Of a stretch of 64,000 nucleotides of DNA, positions 11,524 to 25,599 are shown in pieces. The position numbers were made by a program, and so were the translations under genes. Position 1 is the first letter of the stretch. Each line of letters starts with the position of its first letter. The stretch is from Octopus vulgaris (lineage: Eukaryota), in contig OX597814.1 of NCBI GenBank assembly GCA_951406725.2, positions 25,048,001-25,112,000 on the forward strand. Direction: 5' to 3'. The notes below the pieces were generated by a model. The model was not told where the DNA came from. It was given only the letters and a program-made list of their open reading frames with translations, and did not search any database.

Positions 11524-12159
11524 CGTTTTATACAGATTAGCTCAAATTAAAGGTCTTCTAGCATGACCATGGCACAATGTATTTAGGACTAGATGAGCCA
11601 ATGTTTCTTGCACAATGGTAAGCTGTGACTTAAGAAAGATATGGCTTTTAAATCTAGCAAACAGAATTACTTACTGGTTCATCCCCATTCTCGTTGTTGT
11701 GTTTGTTTAACATTAAGTCAACCCTGATCAAGCACACCCATAATCAAAGGCATTCCAGCCATGAGTAGTCTATCTTTTTGTATATCTAAGACTACAGCAT
11801 CCAATACATTTTCCTGTTTTTAGGTGGCAATGCATGAATTAAAGGTGAACCAACTGGGTATGCAATCAAGAAGAAATTCGTTTGTTGGCTTTTTCACAAT
11901 TTTCTCTACAGACATCTACTTGCAGAATTTCAGGATGAACATCAACCAATCTCAAAGTCTATCATCTTTAGAATAAAATATTAATGAAAAGCAAATAATG
12001 AAAGTATTAGAGAGTATTATGATGGAACATAATAATGGACTCCTAAACTCAGACAAGTTATTCAGCACAAAAATTAAGTGATATTATGTAAACTTACTCC
12101 CTAGACAAACATGATGTAGTAGTATAAAAAAAATAAATTTTTAAATGCACTCTTTTAAA

Positions 12160-12390
12160 GCCTATCTAGGCTCAAAGGCCCAGTTTCCTGGTTTCAATGG
12201 TGTAAGTGTTCTCAGCTAGAAGGGACGCCAGTCCATCACAGTGTTACTCATTTTTGCCAGCTGAGTGGACTGGAGCAACGTGAAATGAAGTGTTTTGTTC
12301 AAGAACACAATACGTCGCCCGGTCCAGGAATCAAAACCACAATCTTACGATCATGATACTGACACCCTAACCACTAAGCCATGCGCCTCC
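12160..12390 (-). mobile_element. tRNA-derived SINE family B
   Basis: Head GGAGGCGCATGGCTTAGTGGTTAGG (A box) and GGTTTTGATTCC (B box-like), related to 19407-19730. Confidence 0.8.
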
Positions 12391-12630
12391 ACTGTAGTAG
12401 TATAAAGCAACTAGAAATGTACATAAATGATTAACTTACTAAAAGTATCAGCTAAGTTTCTCTCAAATCATGACTAACCATTTTAGAAAAAGAAAATACC
12501 AAAAGATAATAATCTAATCCTGGAAATATCAGCTCTGGGGGAAAAAAAGAGATGAAAAGTCATGGTCTGGATGATTATGAGTGATTTGGGATCCAAAAGC
12601 AACATGATAAAATAACATTGACTATCTCTA

Positions 12631-12868
12631 GGTGCAAGAGTTGCTATGTGGTAAGTAGCTTGCTTACAAACCACATGGTTCCAGGTTCAGTCCCACTGCG
12701 TGGCACCTTGGGCAAGTGTCTTCTACTAGAGCCTTGGGCTGACCAAAGCCTTGTGAGTGGATTTGGTAGACGGAAACTGAAAGAAGCCCATCGTATATAT
12801 CATTATCATCATCATCGTTTCACATCCGTTTTCCATGTTAGTATGGGTTGGTCAATAATATATATATA

Positions 12869-12908
<40 letters not shown>

Positions 12909-13127
12909 CTATGTCTGTGTTTGTCCCCCCACCTCAACATCGCTTGACAACCTATGCTGGTGTGTTTACGTCTCCGTAACTTAGCAGTTCAGCAAAAGAG
13001 ACCAATAGAATAAGTACTAGGCTTACAAAGAATAATTTTTGGGGTCGATTTGCTCGACTAAAGACGATGCTCCAGCATGGTCGCAGTCAAATGACTGAAA
13101 CAAGTAAAAGAGTAAAAAAGTAAAAGA
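12631..13127 (+). mobile_element. SINE family A, full length, with a short RTE-tail fragment in the internal microsatellite
   Basis: A box TTGCTATGTGGTAAG, B box GGTTCAGTCCC, CCTTGGGCAAG motif, internal (TG)n, GTAAAAGA tail. Confidence 0.88.
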
Positions 13128-13944
13128 ATATCTTAAATATTAACTGACCATGGATTACAATAAATAAGGAATATTACATTAATTGATTATAGGCATTCAT
13201 ATATATATATTATTTTATATCCATTTCACACCTAGCAAATATTTATTTTCATCAGTCTTAGAATGTAATAAAGTATTGGTGTATCTCAGGCATCATAGTT
13301 GTTAGTCTAGTACAGAGAGACAACAGGGTAGGTAATGCTGTTAGTAGGATGGTGAGAGAGGGTGTCAGAGAGCAACGGGATGCTATGCTAAGAGATGTTA
13401 AGCTAAGTTGGGAGGAATGAAGAACAGGTAGAAGGAAGTGATAATTGAGAAATTAGCAATTAGCAACGGGGGAAACCAAAAGCTAAGAATGAAAGATGAC
13501 AGAATTATTGAAAAATGAAGAACAAGTGAAAAGCTGACAAGAAGCTTAACTTCTCTTAGCATTGAATCCCTTGTCTCTCTGTGACACCCCCTCTCACCAT
13601 CCTACTACACACACACACATATATTATGATGATTTACTTTTCTTTACTACTAACCATGAGAAATGCTTTATCAAGTCTACATTTCTTCACCATAGCCTAC
13701 AAATATTTCCTTACAGACACAATGTTCAATTCATTCTTGTGCAAGATTTGTTGGTTTGCACTAATTTCTTTAAGGAATCATACATTTGAAAGATGCAGTT
13801 TTCACAAGGCAGCAATTTTCTGGTGTTTTCTCTGATTCTTTAAACTTTGCATAAGGTTTTATTGTCTAGGCTATTAAATCAGATAATGTATGCATTCACA
13901 TAAATACTTATATTTCTGCAATAAATGTGTAGATGTTATATGCA

Positions 13945-14690
<746 letters not shown>

Positions 14691-15663
14691 TCATAAATAA
14701 AGTTGCATCTATTCCCAACATGGCAGAGGCATGCATACATTTGTATTAAGAAGGATTTTTTTATGATTATTCAAATGTACTTTGAAATGTTTTGATATGT
14801 TTTCTTTCATGTACTGGAGTCATCATATATCATAATATTTTACTTAATGGATATACAAACATATGAATGTTATTGAAATCATAACTGTGAACTGGAAAAT
14901 GATTTCTCTCAATGGGAGATCAATTTAGAATCCTCAGGGATTGAATTGTGGCAGTGCTCATTTACACTAGCAAGTCTTGATTTCATATCTGGTTAAATCT
15001 GTTTAACTATATTTGTGATAACGGCATACTGCTTTGGTTTTCTTTACAGAATTGTAAAGTAGATACTAATTCTGAATATAAATTAAATTATGGTAAAAAA
15101 AAAATTCTGTCTTAAAGAAATAAGCAATCCAAATGTCATGTGTAAATGCTTACAATAGGCCTCACAACAGACCTGGAGTGATTGCATGAAAAAGAAATTA
15201 GCAAAAGTTAAAAATAATACAGTTATTTAATACAGAGAAAAAAACACTTTTTATTTTGAGTAAAGTTTATCAAATCAAATACAAGAAATCAAAGCAGAAA
15301 ATACGACTTCTGGTCTGAGATGTTGCTTATTTTTGCTTTCAGTTTAAATAATATAAAGAACTACATAGAAATACTTAGATATAAATCAATTGAATTAAAT
15401 TCAAAACTATCCAACAAATTATCACAGAGAGAAAGGAACCCAAATACCTATAGTTGCTGAAAATAAAGTAAGAGAAAATTAAAAATTAAAATATTGTAGG
15501 AAAATAAAAAGAAAATGAAATTATATTGATCTCTTGAATCATTGAAAATAAAAGAAACAAACTTGAAGAAATTTCCTACAATATTGACAACGTTAAGTAG
15601 ATTTACTAAGAAAAGTGTATCAACTACAACAGTCAGTCAAAGCTATTGCAGAAACAAATCAAA

Positions 15664-15727
<64 letters not shown>

Positions 15728-17252
15728 CTTCAGTAATGATTGAAGTAGGGCACAATTGTTTTCAGCTCTTGGAATCAAGATAAATACTGAACAGCAAATG
15801 ACAAACAGTAAGTCATGCAGTTTCTCTGACAGTAGAAAGAGGTCAACTTGTTGAATTACTTGAGAAAAAAGAAATGAACTGATATTAAATATAAAACCTA
15901 CAGAGAAGCTTGATATAGAGAAGACATTTGAAATAAAAGAAACCTTAAAGAAGATAAATAGATAATACTTGAACTTTGTTGAAAAAATGTACAGTCTTTC
16001 TAAAATTAACTACTAAATATAAATAATACAGATAAATAGATACATAAATTAATTAGGACACAATGAAAAGGATAGAAAAAGAAATTTGGATTACCAGGAA
16101 AGTAAGGGAGATGATTTCCTGAAGGAAATAGAAACAATATCACTGAAGTATGGCTTGGAATAAAATGGTTGCTGAAGTTGAAACAAGATTAAGAAATACG
16201 AATTAAAAAAAAATCAACTTCCATGTAGTAGAAATACTTTGAGAAGAAAAGTAACAACTGTCAGACAAAATTAAAAACAAAACGAAGCTAAATAAGATTT
16301 GTTATTAGATCAATACTAAAATAATTAATTAAAGAAACCACAAAATTATTTATTTAAGAATTCACTTCTCAGTGTGCAATGAAAGAAAAAGGCAAGTTTA
16401 ATAAACAACTTTATCAAATATATAGATATTATATTTACAGTCATGAAAATAGAAGTTATACCAGACATGGCATTTCTTATTCTATTTTGTATATGTCTCA
16501 ATAAGAAAGAAGAAATCAATAATTTTTTTGTAAAGTGCCAACCTTTGACAAGAAATAGGAGAACAGAACCAATGTTTGACATAGTTAAATAGATAATGAA
16601 ATAGAGGAAGTACAAGTTCTTAGATGAACTTATGAAGAGCACTGGGCTACTAGAGACATCAATGTTTCACAGGATTTAATTCCATTCTGCTACATCCTGA
16701 GAACAAGTTCAGTATGATTTTTTTAATTTCATAAAATAACTACCATGTTTTGTTAAGCCTCAGGCCATCTACCACTGAGATGTCCTTTGATCAAAAACAT
16801 TCCAGCCTTGAACATCCTGTTTTTTCTTTCTCCTTGCCAGGCGCAGAATACTTCAAACTAAATTCCTGAACATGTTTCTTTTTTAAAAAGGTGATTTGAC
16901 TGTTATTTCAAATAGATTGAGAGAATATGTAGAGAATCATTAACTAGATAATGATGTGTAGTGTATGCAGCAAAGAAAAATGCACCCATTGTACATTGTA
17001 AAGATGGTCATGAAAGGAAGATCATTCACCCCAAATAACATGTTCAAGTACCAGTCTAAGAACATTGGCACCCAATAAGAAATGACTTTCATCATGGCAA
17101 CCCATATATACATCTTATCAACATAGAAGACAAATGTTAGATGATGATAATGATGATGATGATGAGGAGGAGGAGGAGGAGGGTGATAATGATTGCTAAA
17201 CCAAAAAGGGGAATATATAGTTATACACACACACACACAAACACACACAAAC

Positions 17253-17305
<53 letters not shown>

Positions 17306-17827
17306 TATACATACATACATACATACACACACACATACTTATATGGATGTGTGTGTTGTAAAAATTTTCTCTGCTCTTATTATAAAGCCACTTATTTTGC
17401 TCACTAAAAATAACTTTAAAAGCCACTCATGTGATATATGTCATTTATATAAATTTAAATAAATAATATTGCCACTCGAAAGCAATTTAATTAAAAAGCT
17501 GAAAATTGCATATGTAAATGAAAGTAAAAATATTATTTCATGAGCTTACATAAAATTAAATCAGTTAAGCCTGAATAAGATTTGCCTAAGAGAATGGAAG
17601 ATGCAGACATACATATACATATGCATACACACATACAAAGATATCAATAAGAACATATTCATGTACACGTGTAAGTAATTATATGTTTAGAATATTATTT
17701 TTAATTATACAGTCACCTTCAAGCCTGTATACACTCTGTATCTCTTTCTCTCTCTCTCTCTCTACATAAATATGTGTGCACGTGTGAATACATACATAAG
17801 CATACATGCATACATACATATATACAT

Positions 17828-17874
<47 letters not shown>

Positions 17875-18172
17875 TACATACATGAATACGTACATACACA
17901 TACAAATATAACATACACACACACCCATACATACATACATACGTACATACATACATACATACTTAAGTGTTCGTCAGTTTACAATCATTTTCCGTGTTGG
18001 CAAGAGTTGGACATTTCTTCTTCAGTACAGTACTACATTGGTTATTACAATCCTTTGCTACTCTTTTGTAAAGTTCTGTAACCTAAGATCAGCCTTGCAC
18101 ATCCCATGCATTCAATACCCTTTCGTCCATCCATCTCTCTGTCCCTCCAGCTAGCCAATAATATATGTGTGT

Positions 18173-18299
<127 letters not shown>

Positions 18300-18337
18300 T
18301 AAATGGAGTTTAACACAGGTATAATTCAAATACTTTT

Positions 18338-18425
18338 ACTTCTAACACATGTTTCGAAGATTTCACTGACATTATTCAAAAGGAATAAATGGTGTAAAAT
18401 AATGTAATCTTCTCTTCAGGGAAGT
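18338..18425 (-). ncRNA. Hammerhead-like motif with long stem II, in a ~170-bp insert between (TAGA)n and (TA)n
   Basis: Minus strand ACUUCC-CUGAAGA-GAAGAUU...AAUCUUC-GAAAC AUGU GUU-AGAAGU: 7-bp stem II extended by ACAUUAUU/AAUAAUGU. Stem I has a C.A mismatch next to the cleavage site. Confidence 0.6.
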
Positions 18426-18809
18426 GAAGAAATGAAACTCGTCAATAAGATATTTTAACACTCATCTATTTATATATATATATATATATAGACACACACA
18501 CATATATATATGGACACAGACATATATATATATCATATTTGATTCGACCAAGCCTGTGCTTGTTCTCAGAAGGCATTTACAGTTTCTTTATCAACTTATG
18601 TTTATTTTTTCATGCTAATATAAGATACAACAGACTACAAATTCAGACATCTCAAAATATTTCTGATGAAAATTTTTAAAGCTTGAGTACGATATATTGG
18701 ACAAGTTGTTAGAGCATCAATGAAAAAGCATGTTTATTCTGGATGAATTAAAATCCCCACAATGTTCCACTTCAGTTTCTTTAATTCTTGTGTAATAAAT
18801 AGAAGGTAC

Positions 18810-18909
18810 CAGCTCAGTGCTTTCAAGCTGTCACAGCCTGAATATTCCACGGGGTCAAGCATAGCAGGATCCATTGGGTGTTTGTATCTGCTTGTAACTG
18901 TATGGGTAC
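18810..18909 (-). CDS. Internal coding exon (100 nt) of an unidentified spliced gene: (S)THTVTSRYKHPMDPAMLDPVEYSGCDSLKALS(W)
   Basis: Acceptor ctaattttttag|GT, donor TG|gtacct. Open frame in unique sequence, phase-compatible with exon 19874-19988. Confidence 0.7.
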
Positions 18910-18952
18910 CTAAAAAATTAGTGAACTTACAGTATATGTTTTTTTTTTGTCG

Positions 18953-19251
18953 CCTTTTTCAAGCCTAGCTAGGCTCATGGGCCCGGTTTCCTGGTTTCTA
19001 TGGCATATGTGTTCCCACCAGCTGGACAGGACGCCAGTCCATCGCAGTGTTACTCAAGAAACAGGAAGAGAGAGTGAGAGAAAGTTGTGGCAAAAGAGTA
19101 CAACAGGGGTCACCACCACCCTCTGCCAGAGCCTCGTGGAGCTTTTAGGTATTTTCGCTCAATAAACACACACAACACCCAGTCTGGGAATCGAAACCAC
19201 GATCCTCTGACCGAGAGTTCGCTGTCCTAACCAGTGGGCCATTATGCCTCC
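18953..19251 (-). mobile_element. SINE family B variant
   Basis: tRNA-like head at 19170-19251. Body shared with 44753-44988, tail shared with 12160-12245. Confidence 0.8.
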
Positions 19252-19406
19252 ACTTACAGTATATGTTACCGAGTCATAATTGCTTCTGAGTGACAGCTGT
19301 ACTTTTAAATGCTTTTCATGACAATAATTTAGTTGTTTAGATAGCATGAAGAAAATAGAATGTTGATATTATTGCTATTGCTTCATATCATATGTTGTAA
19401 ATTAGT

Positions 19407-19730
19407 GAGGGCGTGTGGCTTAGTGGTTAGGGCATTTGGCTCATGATCGTAAGATTGTGAGTTCGATTCCCGGTGACGCATTGTGTCCTTGAGCAAGACG
19501 CTTTATTTCACGTTGCTCCAGTCCACTCATCTGGCAAAAAGGAGTTGTACTTGTATTTCAAAGGGTCAGCCTTGTCACTCTCTGTGTCACGCTGATTATC
19601 CCCGAGAACTACGTTAAGGGTACACGTGTCTGTGGAATGCTCAGCCATTTGCACGTTAATTTCACGAGCAAGCTGTTCCGTTGATCGTATCAGCTGGGAC
19701 CCTCGTCGTCGTAACCGGCGGAGTCTTTTT
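19407..19730 (+). mobile_element. SINE family B
   Basis: TGGCTTAGTGGTTAGG A box, GAGTTCGATTCCC B box, GTGTCCTTGAGCAAGAC motif, ends in a T run. Confidence 0.85.
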
Positions 19731-19873
19731 TTAATGTTGTAAATTAAGGCATTTTGAAAAAACTTACTAAAAGAGTTTGAAAGCTGGATGCTTTTTATAA
19801 TAATTATCTGCTTATTTATCTAACATGAAGCAAAGAGAAAGACATATTTTTCTTCAAAGGCTTAATCCCTCAC

Positions 19874-19988
19874 TGACCATATTTTCCTGCAGATACCGAT
19901 TATAAATGTATAAAGTGAAAATATTCTGCATTAATCTGATCTTTTTTGAGGAGGCTGCCAATGCCACGGAGAAGAGCATTCTTTTTGA
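19874..19988 (-). CDS. Internal coding exon (115 nt): SKRMLFSVALAASSKKIRLMQNIFTLYIYNRYLQENMV+1 nt
   Basis: Acceptor ttttatacctcag|, donor CA|gtgagg. 38 codons plus 1 nt, which joins the GT of the next exon to give AGT and keeps the frame open. Confidence 0.65.
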
Positions 19989-20006
19989 CTGAGGTATAAA
20001 ATATAG

Positions 20007-20417
20007 CTCTTTTACTCTTTTACACTCTTTTACTTGTTTCAGTCATTTGACTGCACCCATGTTGGAGCACCACCTTTAGTCAAGCTTATAGATCCCAGGA
20101 TGTATTCTTTGTCAGACTAGTACTTATTCTATCTGTCACTTTCCCTGAACCGCTAAGTTACGGGGATGTAAGCACACCACCATCGGTTGTCAAGCAATGT
20201 TGGGGGGACAAACACAGACACGCAAACATACACACACACATATATACATATACATGATAGGCTTCTTTCAGTTTCCGCCTACCAAATCCACTCAAAAGGC
20301 TTTGGTCGGCCCGAGGCTATAGTAGAAGACACTTGCCCAAGGTGCCATGCAGTGGGACTGAACCTGGAACCATATGGTTGGTAAGCAAGCTACTTACCAC
20401 AAAGCCACTCCTGTACC
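20007..20417 (-). mobile_element. SINE family A, full length
   Basis: Reverse complement of the 12631-13127 type sequence. Confidence 0.88.
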
Positions 20418-22512
20418 TACTAAAGTAATTTTAGCTATTATGTTTGGGCATTGGTTTGTTATTAAGAAGTTTGCTTAGCAAAAATGTGGCTTCAGGCTTG
20501 GTTTACACCTTCACATCTTAAGCAAGTATCTCTAATATAAACTTGGGTTCACTAATGTCTTGTGAAGTGAAATACAGATGGAAACTGTGTGGAATCTTGT
20601 CATATATGTGTGTGTGTGTGTGTTTGCAAGTGTTGGGTGCTTACATGTTTGTGTTTGCATATGTGTCTGTGCACCTGCCACCTTACATTCACAAACATTG
20701 CTGATATATAACTTAACAGATCAAAAAATGAAGTTTGATATGATATATATCAGACATAATAAATATTCAATCAATATGATCAACTAAAGCCCTCCAAAGT
20801 AATGTTCCAGCATGGCCATAGTCAACTGATTGAAAGAAAGGAAAAGAAAATTAAAGAATAAGAATATTTGCTTGTCACACATTTTTGTTATTTTGCCTGT
20901 TGACAAATTTCTCTATTTACTTTAAATTGTAGCATATTATTCATTTTTCAATAAAAATTTCCATTTTAGTCAAAAAAATATTGTAAAATATCAGAAACTT
21001 TTTTATTTCCTTTTTACTTCAAATGAACTAATATTTAAATTTGAAAATAAACCTGAAAATGTAACACCATAAAACTTGTTTCATATATGTATTTTTTTTA
21101 TGTGAGTATACATTCATTTTCTTATTAATCTAAAAGAAAATATTGTTATAAACACATAGCAGTTTATTTTATTATGATTCTCAAGCTATCAGTGGTCATT
21201 AGTTATAAGAAAAACACGCATCTATTGGAAAACAGTTTATGGAAATGTTCTTTTTTTAAATGTACTTATCTAACTTTAAACATACTTATCTTTATAAGTA
21301 TTACTGAATTTTTAACAACTTATACCTTAAGCTACAAAATGTACAAATTTAGATGTAAATATACCCTAAACACTATTTTGTGTTAATGTCTACTTATGCA
21401 CAACTTTTCTCCACAATTCTCTTGAAGCTAAATATGGTAACCTAGAAATAAGTATGCATAATTACATTACTTTTTATTTAATTTTGTCTTTGTTTATTTT
21501 TCTTCAATTTCTTTCTCAAGCACAATCAATATATCAATGGAAATGTCTGGATATATTTCTTTTATTTCTTTCTCTATTTTGTTGTTATTTCTATAAAAAA
21601 AAAATTGTTGAGACTGTTGTAGGGAAGCTTTGAGCAAAAACGAAAAAGCAAAAAAAATGAACATCAATCAATGAGGGAAAAAGTGAATAACTTACTTTTG
21701 AAACTTAAGCAAATTATTAAGATTAGCTTCAACAAGTTTCAATACATGAAACAATAACAAGATATTGTTGACAGTATAGAGAACTTTTGCTTATAATTTC
21801 TTTGAACTAGGAATTAAAAGTAGGGTAGTAAGACACAGTATGTCTCCTATAAACTAGAAGTGAATAAATCAGAAACTATTTCATATTCTGGTCCTCTGGC
21901 ACAGCAGAAGAATGTCTGTCTAGCAACTGAACAAAGATATAGAAAAAACATTGTAAAGTATTTTTAGAATAAAGACTATCTATAGATACAAAATTAAATT
22001 GTAAACCAAAAACAACCCAATATTTTTACCCTATATTTTCATATCATTTTCATCTTCCTTGGGAAAATAAAAATCACCATCATCATCATTTTCATTGTCG
22101 TGTTTTTTGGCAACATCCTTGTCATTGACATCATCTTCGTCACCACCATCATCATCTTCAGGATGGCCTTTGTCTGAATGTCAACAATGTGTGTGGAAAT
22201 TCCAATATATTTCAGCTAACTGAGTGTTTTGTAAAGTGCACCATTTATTACAGGAGCAATTGTCATACAGCAGGAGAAATCACTCAGTCTTGGAAACATG
22301 AAATGAAAGAAAAATTAAGCATGGCCAGCAGCTAAAACACATAGAACGATATAAACAAGGTCACCATATATTTTTATCAGCTGTTGCTGAGGAGCAAGGC
22401 TGACATAGCATGTGTTCATACATAGACACATATACACATACATGTACACATGTACGTATACATAATTTAATTTATTTTATTTTATTTTCTCTCTCTGTTT
22501 ATTTCTATGTTC

Positions 22513-22548
22513 CTCTCTGTTGAAGAGCATAAGCTCGAAATGTAAAAG
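22513..22548 (+). ncRNA. Degenerate minimal hammerhead-like motif in a short repeat ending at (TA)n
   Basis: CUCU-CUGUUGA-A-GAGC AUAA GCUC-GAAAUGU-A-AAAG. Perfect stem II, core has A6U, loop III is AUGU rather than palindromic ACGU. Confidence 0.4.
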
Positions 22549-22644
22549 ACTTCCTCACATCCTGAGCGTTAAACTAATACATCTGTCTGTTGTTTACTAA
22601 CCCGTCTTCGTCTTTTGATTTGTTTGTTTTTTTTTGTAAATTCC

Positions 22645-22763
<119 letters not shown>

Positions 22764-22826
22764 TGTATATATACATACATTATATATATATATATAAAAT
22801 ATATATAAAAATATATATGATATTTT

Positions 22827-23170
22827 CTCTTTATTGTTTCAGTCATATATACCGCCTTAGTCGAGCAATCGACCCGGGACTTATTATTTGTAAGCCCAGT
22901 ACTTATTCTATCGGTCTCTTTTGCCGAACCGCTAAGTGACGGACGTAAACACACCAGCACGGTTGTCAAGCAATGTAGGAGGACAAACACACACACACAT
23001 CATATATATATATACATAATACGACAGGCTTCTTTCAGTTTCCGTCTACGAAATCCACTCAAGGCATTGTCGGCCCGGGCATGCAGAAGACACTTGCCCA
23101 GATGCCACACAGTGGGACTGACCCAGAACATGTGGTTGGTTAGCAAGCTACTTACAAGCCACCCTGCGCC
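22827..23170 (-). mobile_element. SINE family A (many small deletions)
   Basis: Collinear with other family A copies. Confidence 0.85.
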
Positions 23171-25550
23171 TATACATATACATACACACTTATAGTGTAA
23201 ATACAATAAACAGCACATCAGAAAGGGGCAACATAAAGGAAGATTTAGCTTTTATGGAAAGGGAAAAACAGAACAAAACTAGAGAAAAGGTTAGAAATCA
23301 GGTGGGAATGTTGTGAAGAAGGGATGGAGAGCGAAGTGTGTAGGGGTGTATGCATGTCTAAAAGTGGGCTTAAGGGGAAGTGATAATTGTAATATAGTGG
23401 AGTATATGCATACAGATGTGTACTCATATGCAAGTAGAGTGGAATAGATGTGTGTGAAGGTGAGGGTGTTGTACCAAACTTGATACATTTTACCAATTTC
23501 TTTCGTCTCAGAATTTTTATATTTTTCTCTTTTCCTGTCTCGTCATATTTTAGTTTAAACACACCTCTTCACCAAAAAATGCTTCACACACATGTAATTT
23601 TGCCATACACTCGCACATACATTAATTACAGCTTCCACATTGCTCCTGGTAACCCATTTACTTCACCAATATCTATATTCTCTTGCACACATTCACCCTC
23701 ACAACCATGTTTTTGTACCATACCCAAACCAATACCTCATACCTCCACTAATCTACACCACTATACATCCATACTTCTACTATAGCCCTGGGCTAACCAA
23801 AGCTTTGGTTGACAGAAACTGAAAGAAACTCATTGTATATATATATATACTTACTCGAATTTTTTAATGACCACAATCTTTGTCCCTACTCTGTATGGTC
23901 TATTTCTATGTATGTAAGTTTGTATGTATGTATGTATGTAAGTTTGTATGTATGCATGTATGTAAGTTTGTATGTATGTATGTATGTATGTATGCATCTA
24001 TGTGTGTGTTTTTGTGTCTATGTCTGTCCCCCAAACAATCATGAATCCCACAAAGCACATATCAGTTCATTTAATAAAGGCATTTGTTCTCAGTCAGTAC
24101 TCAACAATTAATTGAAAATCATTTAGGACTATGATATATCTTTGTATGAAATAAGCAAAAAATATTAATCTTAAGAATAACAATATAGACAAGATACTTG
24201 TGTATGCATAAACATACAGATGGAATGTATATTTGCACATTTTATGCCCATTTTTCATACTAGCATGGGTTAGATGAATATATTATCAAGGCTTTGTTTT
24301 ACAATAACTGATACTCTTCTTGTCACTAATACTTACCTATTTTTCTAATAAGTGATCCATTATTTCATTCAGAATCAAAGGCATAAAGTGAGCAGATGAT
24401 TTGTTGCCAGAAGTGACGACCACACATTTGTAGCACTCGTTTAATATAGAGTCCAAATGCAACAAACAGTCATACATACATATGCATACATATACTCATA
24501 TTCATATTTATGATGGACTTCTTTCAGGTTCCACCATCAAATTCGCTCACAAGAACACTGTAGGACCAGTGCTATACAAGAAGACACTTTAAACAAGTTG
24601 CTGTGCAGGGGGAAGAATCTGAAACATTGAAGCTGGAAAGCAAACTTCTCAACAATGTACCCTCGCCTGCACCTATATGTTATCATCATCATCATCATTT
24701 AATTTCTGTTTTCCATGCTGGCAGGTGTTGAATGGCTCAACAAGATCTAATGAGCTGCAGAGCCACATCAGGCCCTAATGTCAGCTTCAGAACAATTTCT
24801 ACGGCTTGATACCTTCTTATCACCAACCACTTTACAGAGTGTACTGGGTGCATCTTTGTGCTACTAGTACTTGTAAGATCTCCAAGTAACTGCCAAGACA
24901 ATGAAACAAAGCCAAAATTAGAAAAAAAGCCCCCTTGATTAAGTGGAAGTATATTTAAAGAGGAGAAAGTGACTTTATGCCACTATTGAAGGCTGAAGCA
25001 TGATAGAGAGAATAGCACAGGTGTCCTGTTATAGAAGAGAAACATGGCTACCACCACATTATATGTGGGTGGACAAGAGTAGTTGGAAGAGAGGTAAAAA
25101 TGATGGTAACAAGTGCCAGAGCATACATATATGTATGTGAGTGTTTGCGTTTATGTATGCAATATATATATATATAATATGCATTATATACATACATACA
25201 TACATACAGACATAAAGACATGCAGACAGACAGATAGATAGATGTTTATATAAACATACATATTCATCACTGCCTAGTTGCTTTTACATTTTCTTTTTTT
25301 ACACTACTTTTGAAACTAAAATAATAGTAAATCAATAAAAAATTGATATTTATTCAACATTCATATGTGGAAGATGCATGAGTTCTGATTAAAAACTAAA
25401 TACTCGATAGAACTACAGTGAATCTCTCAAATTTTTATTTTTAGAATATATGTGTTCCAATATTACGAATATACCCATATAAAGAAAATATCCATGAAAA
25501 TATGTGTGTATTTATGCACACACACACACACACACTCATAAACATAGATC

Positions 25551-25587
<37 letters not shown>

Positions 25588-25599
25588 TTCATGTTGCAA

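Noticed and set aside
19407-19480. tRNA gene
   Set aside because: A and B boxes run straight into a SINE body and recur in diverged copies. No clean cloverleaf.
19892-19993. Plus-strand exon with good branch point and acceptor (cactgac...cctgcag)
   Set aside because: Stops in all three frames, and it overlaps the better minus-strand exon.
21696-21806. Minus-strand segment with strong splice signals (ttcctag| ... |gtaagt)
   Set aside because: Stop codons in all three frames. It could only be a non-coding or poison exon, with no further support.
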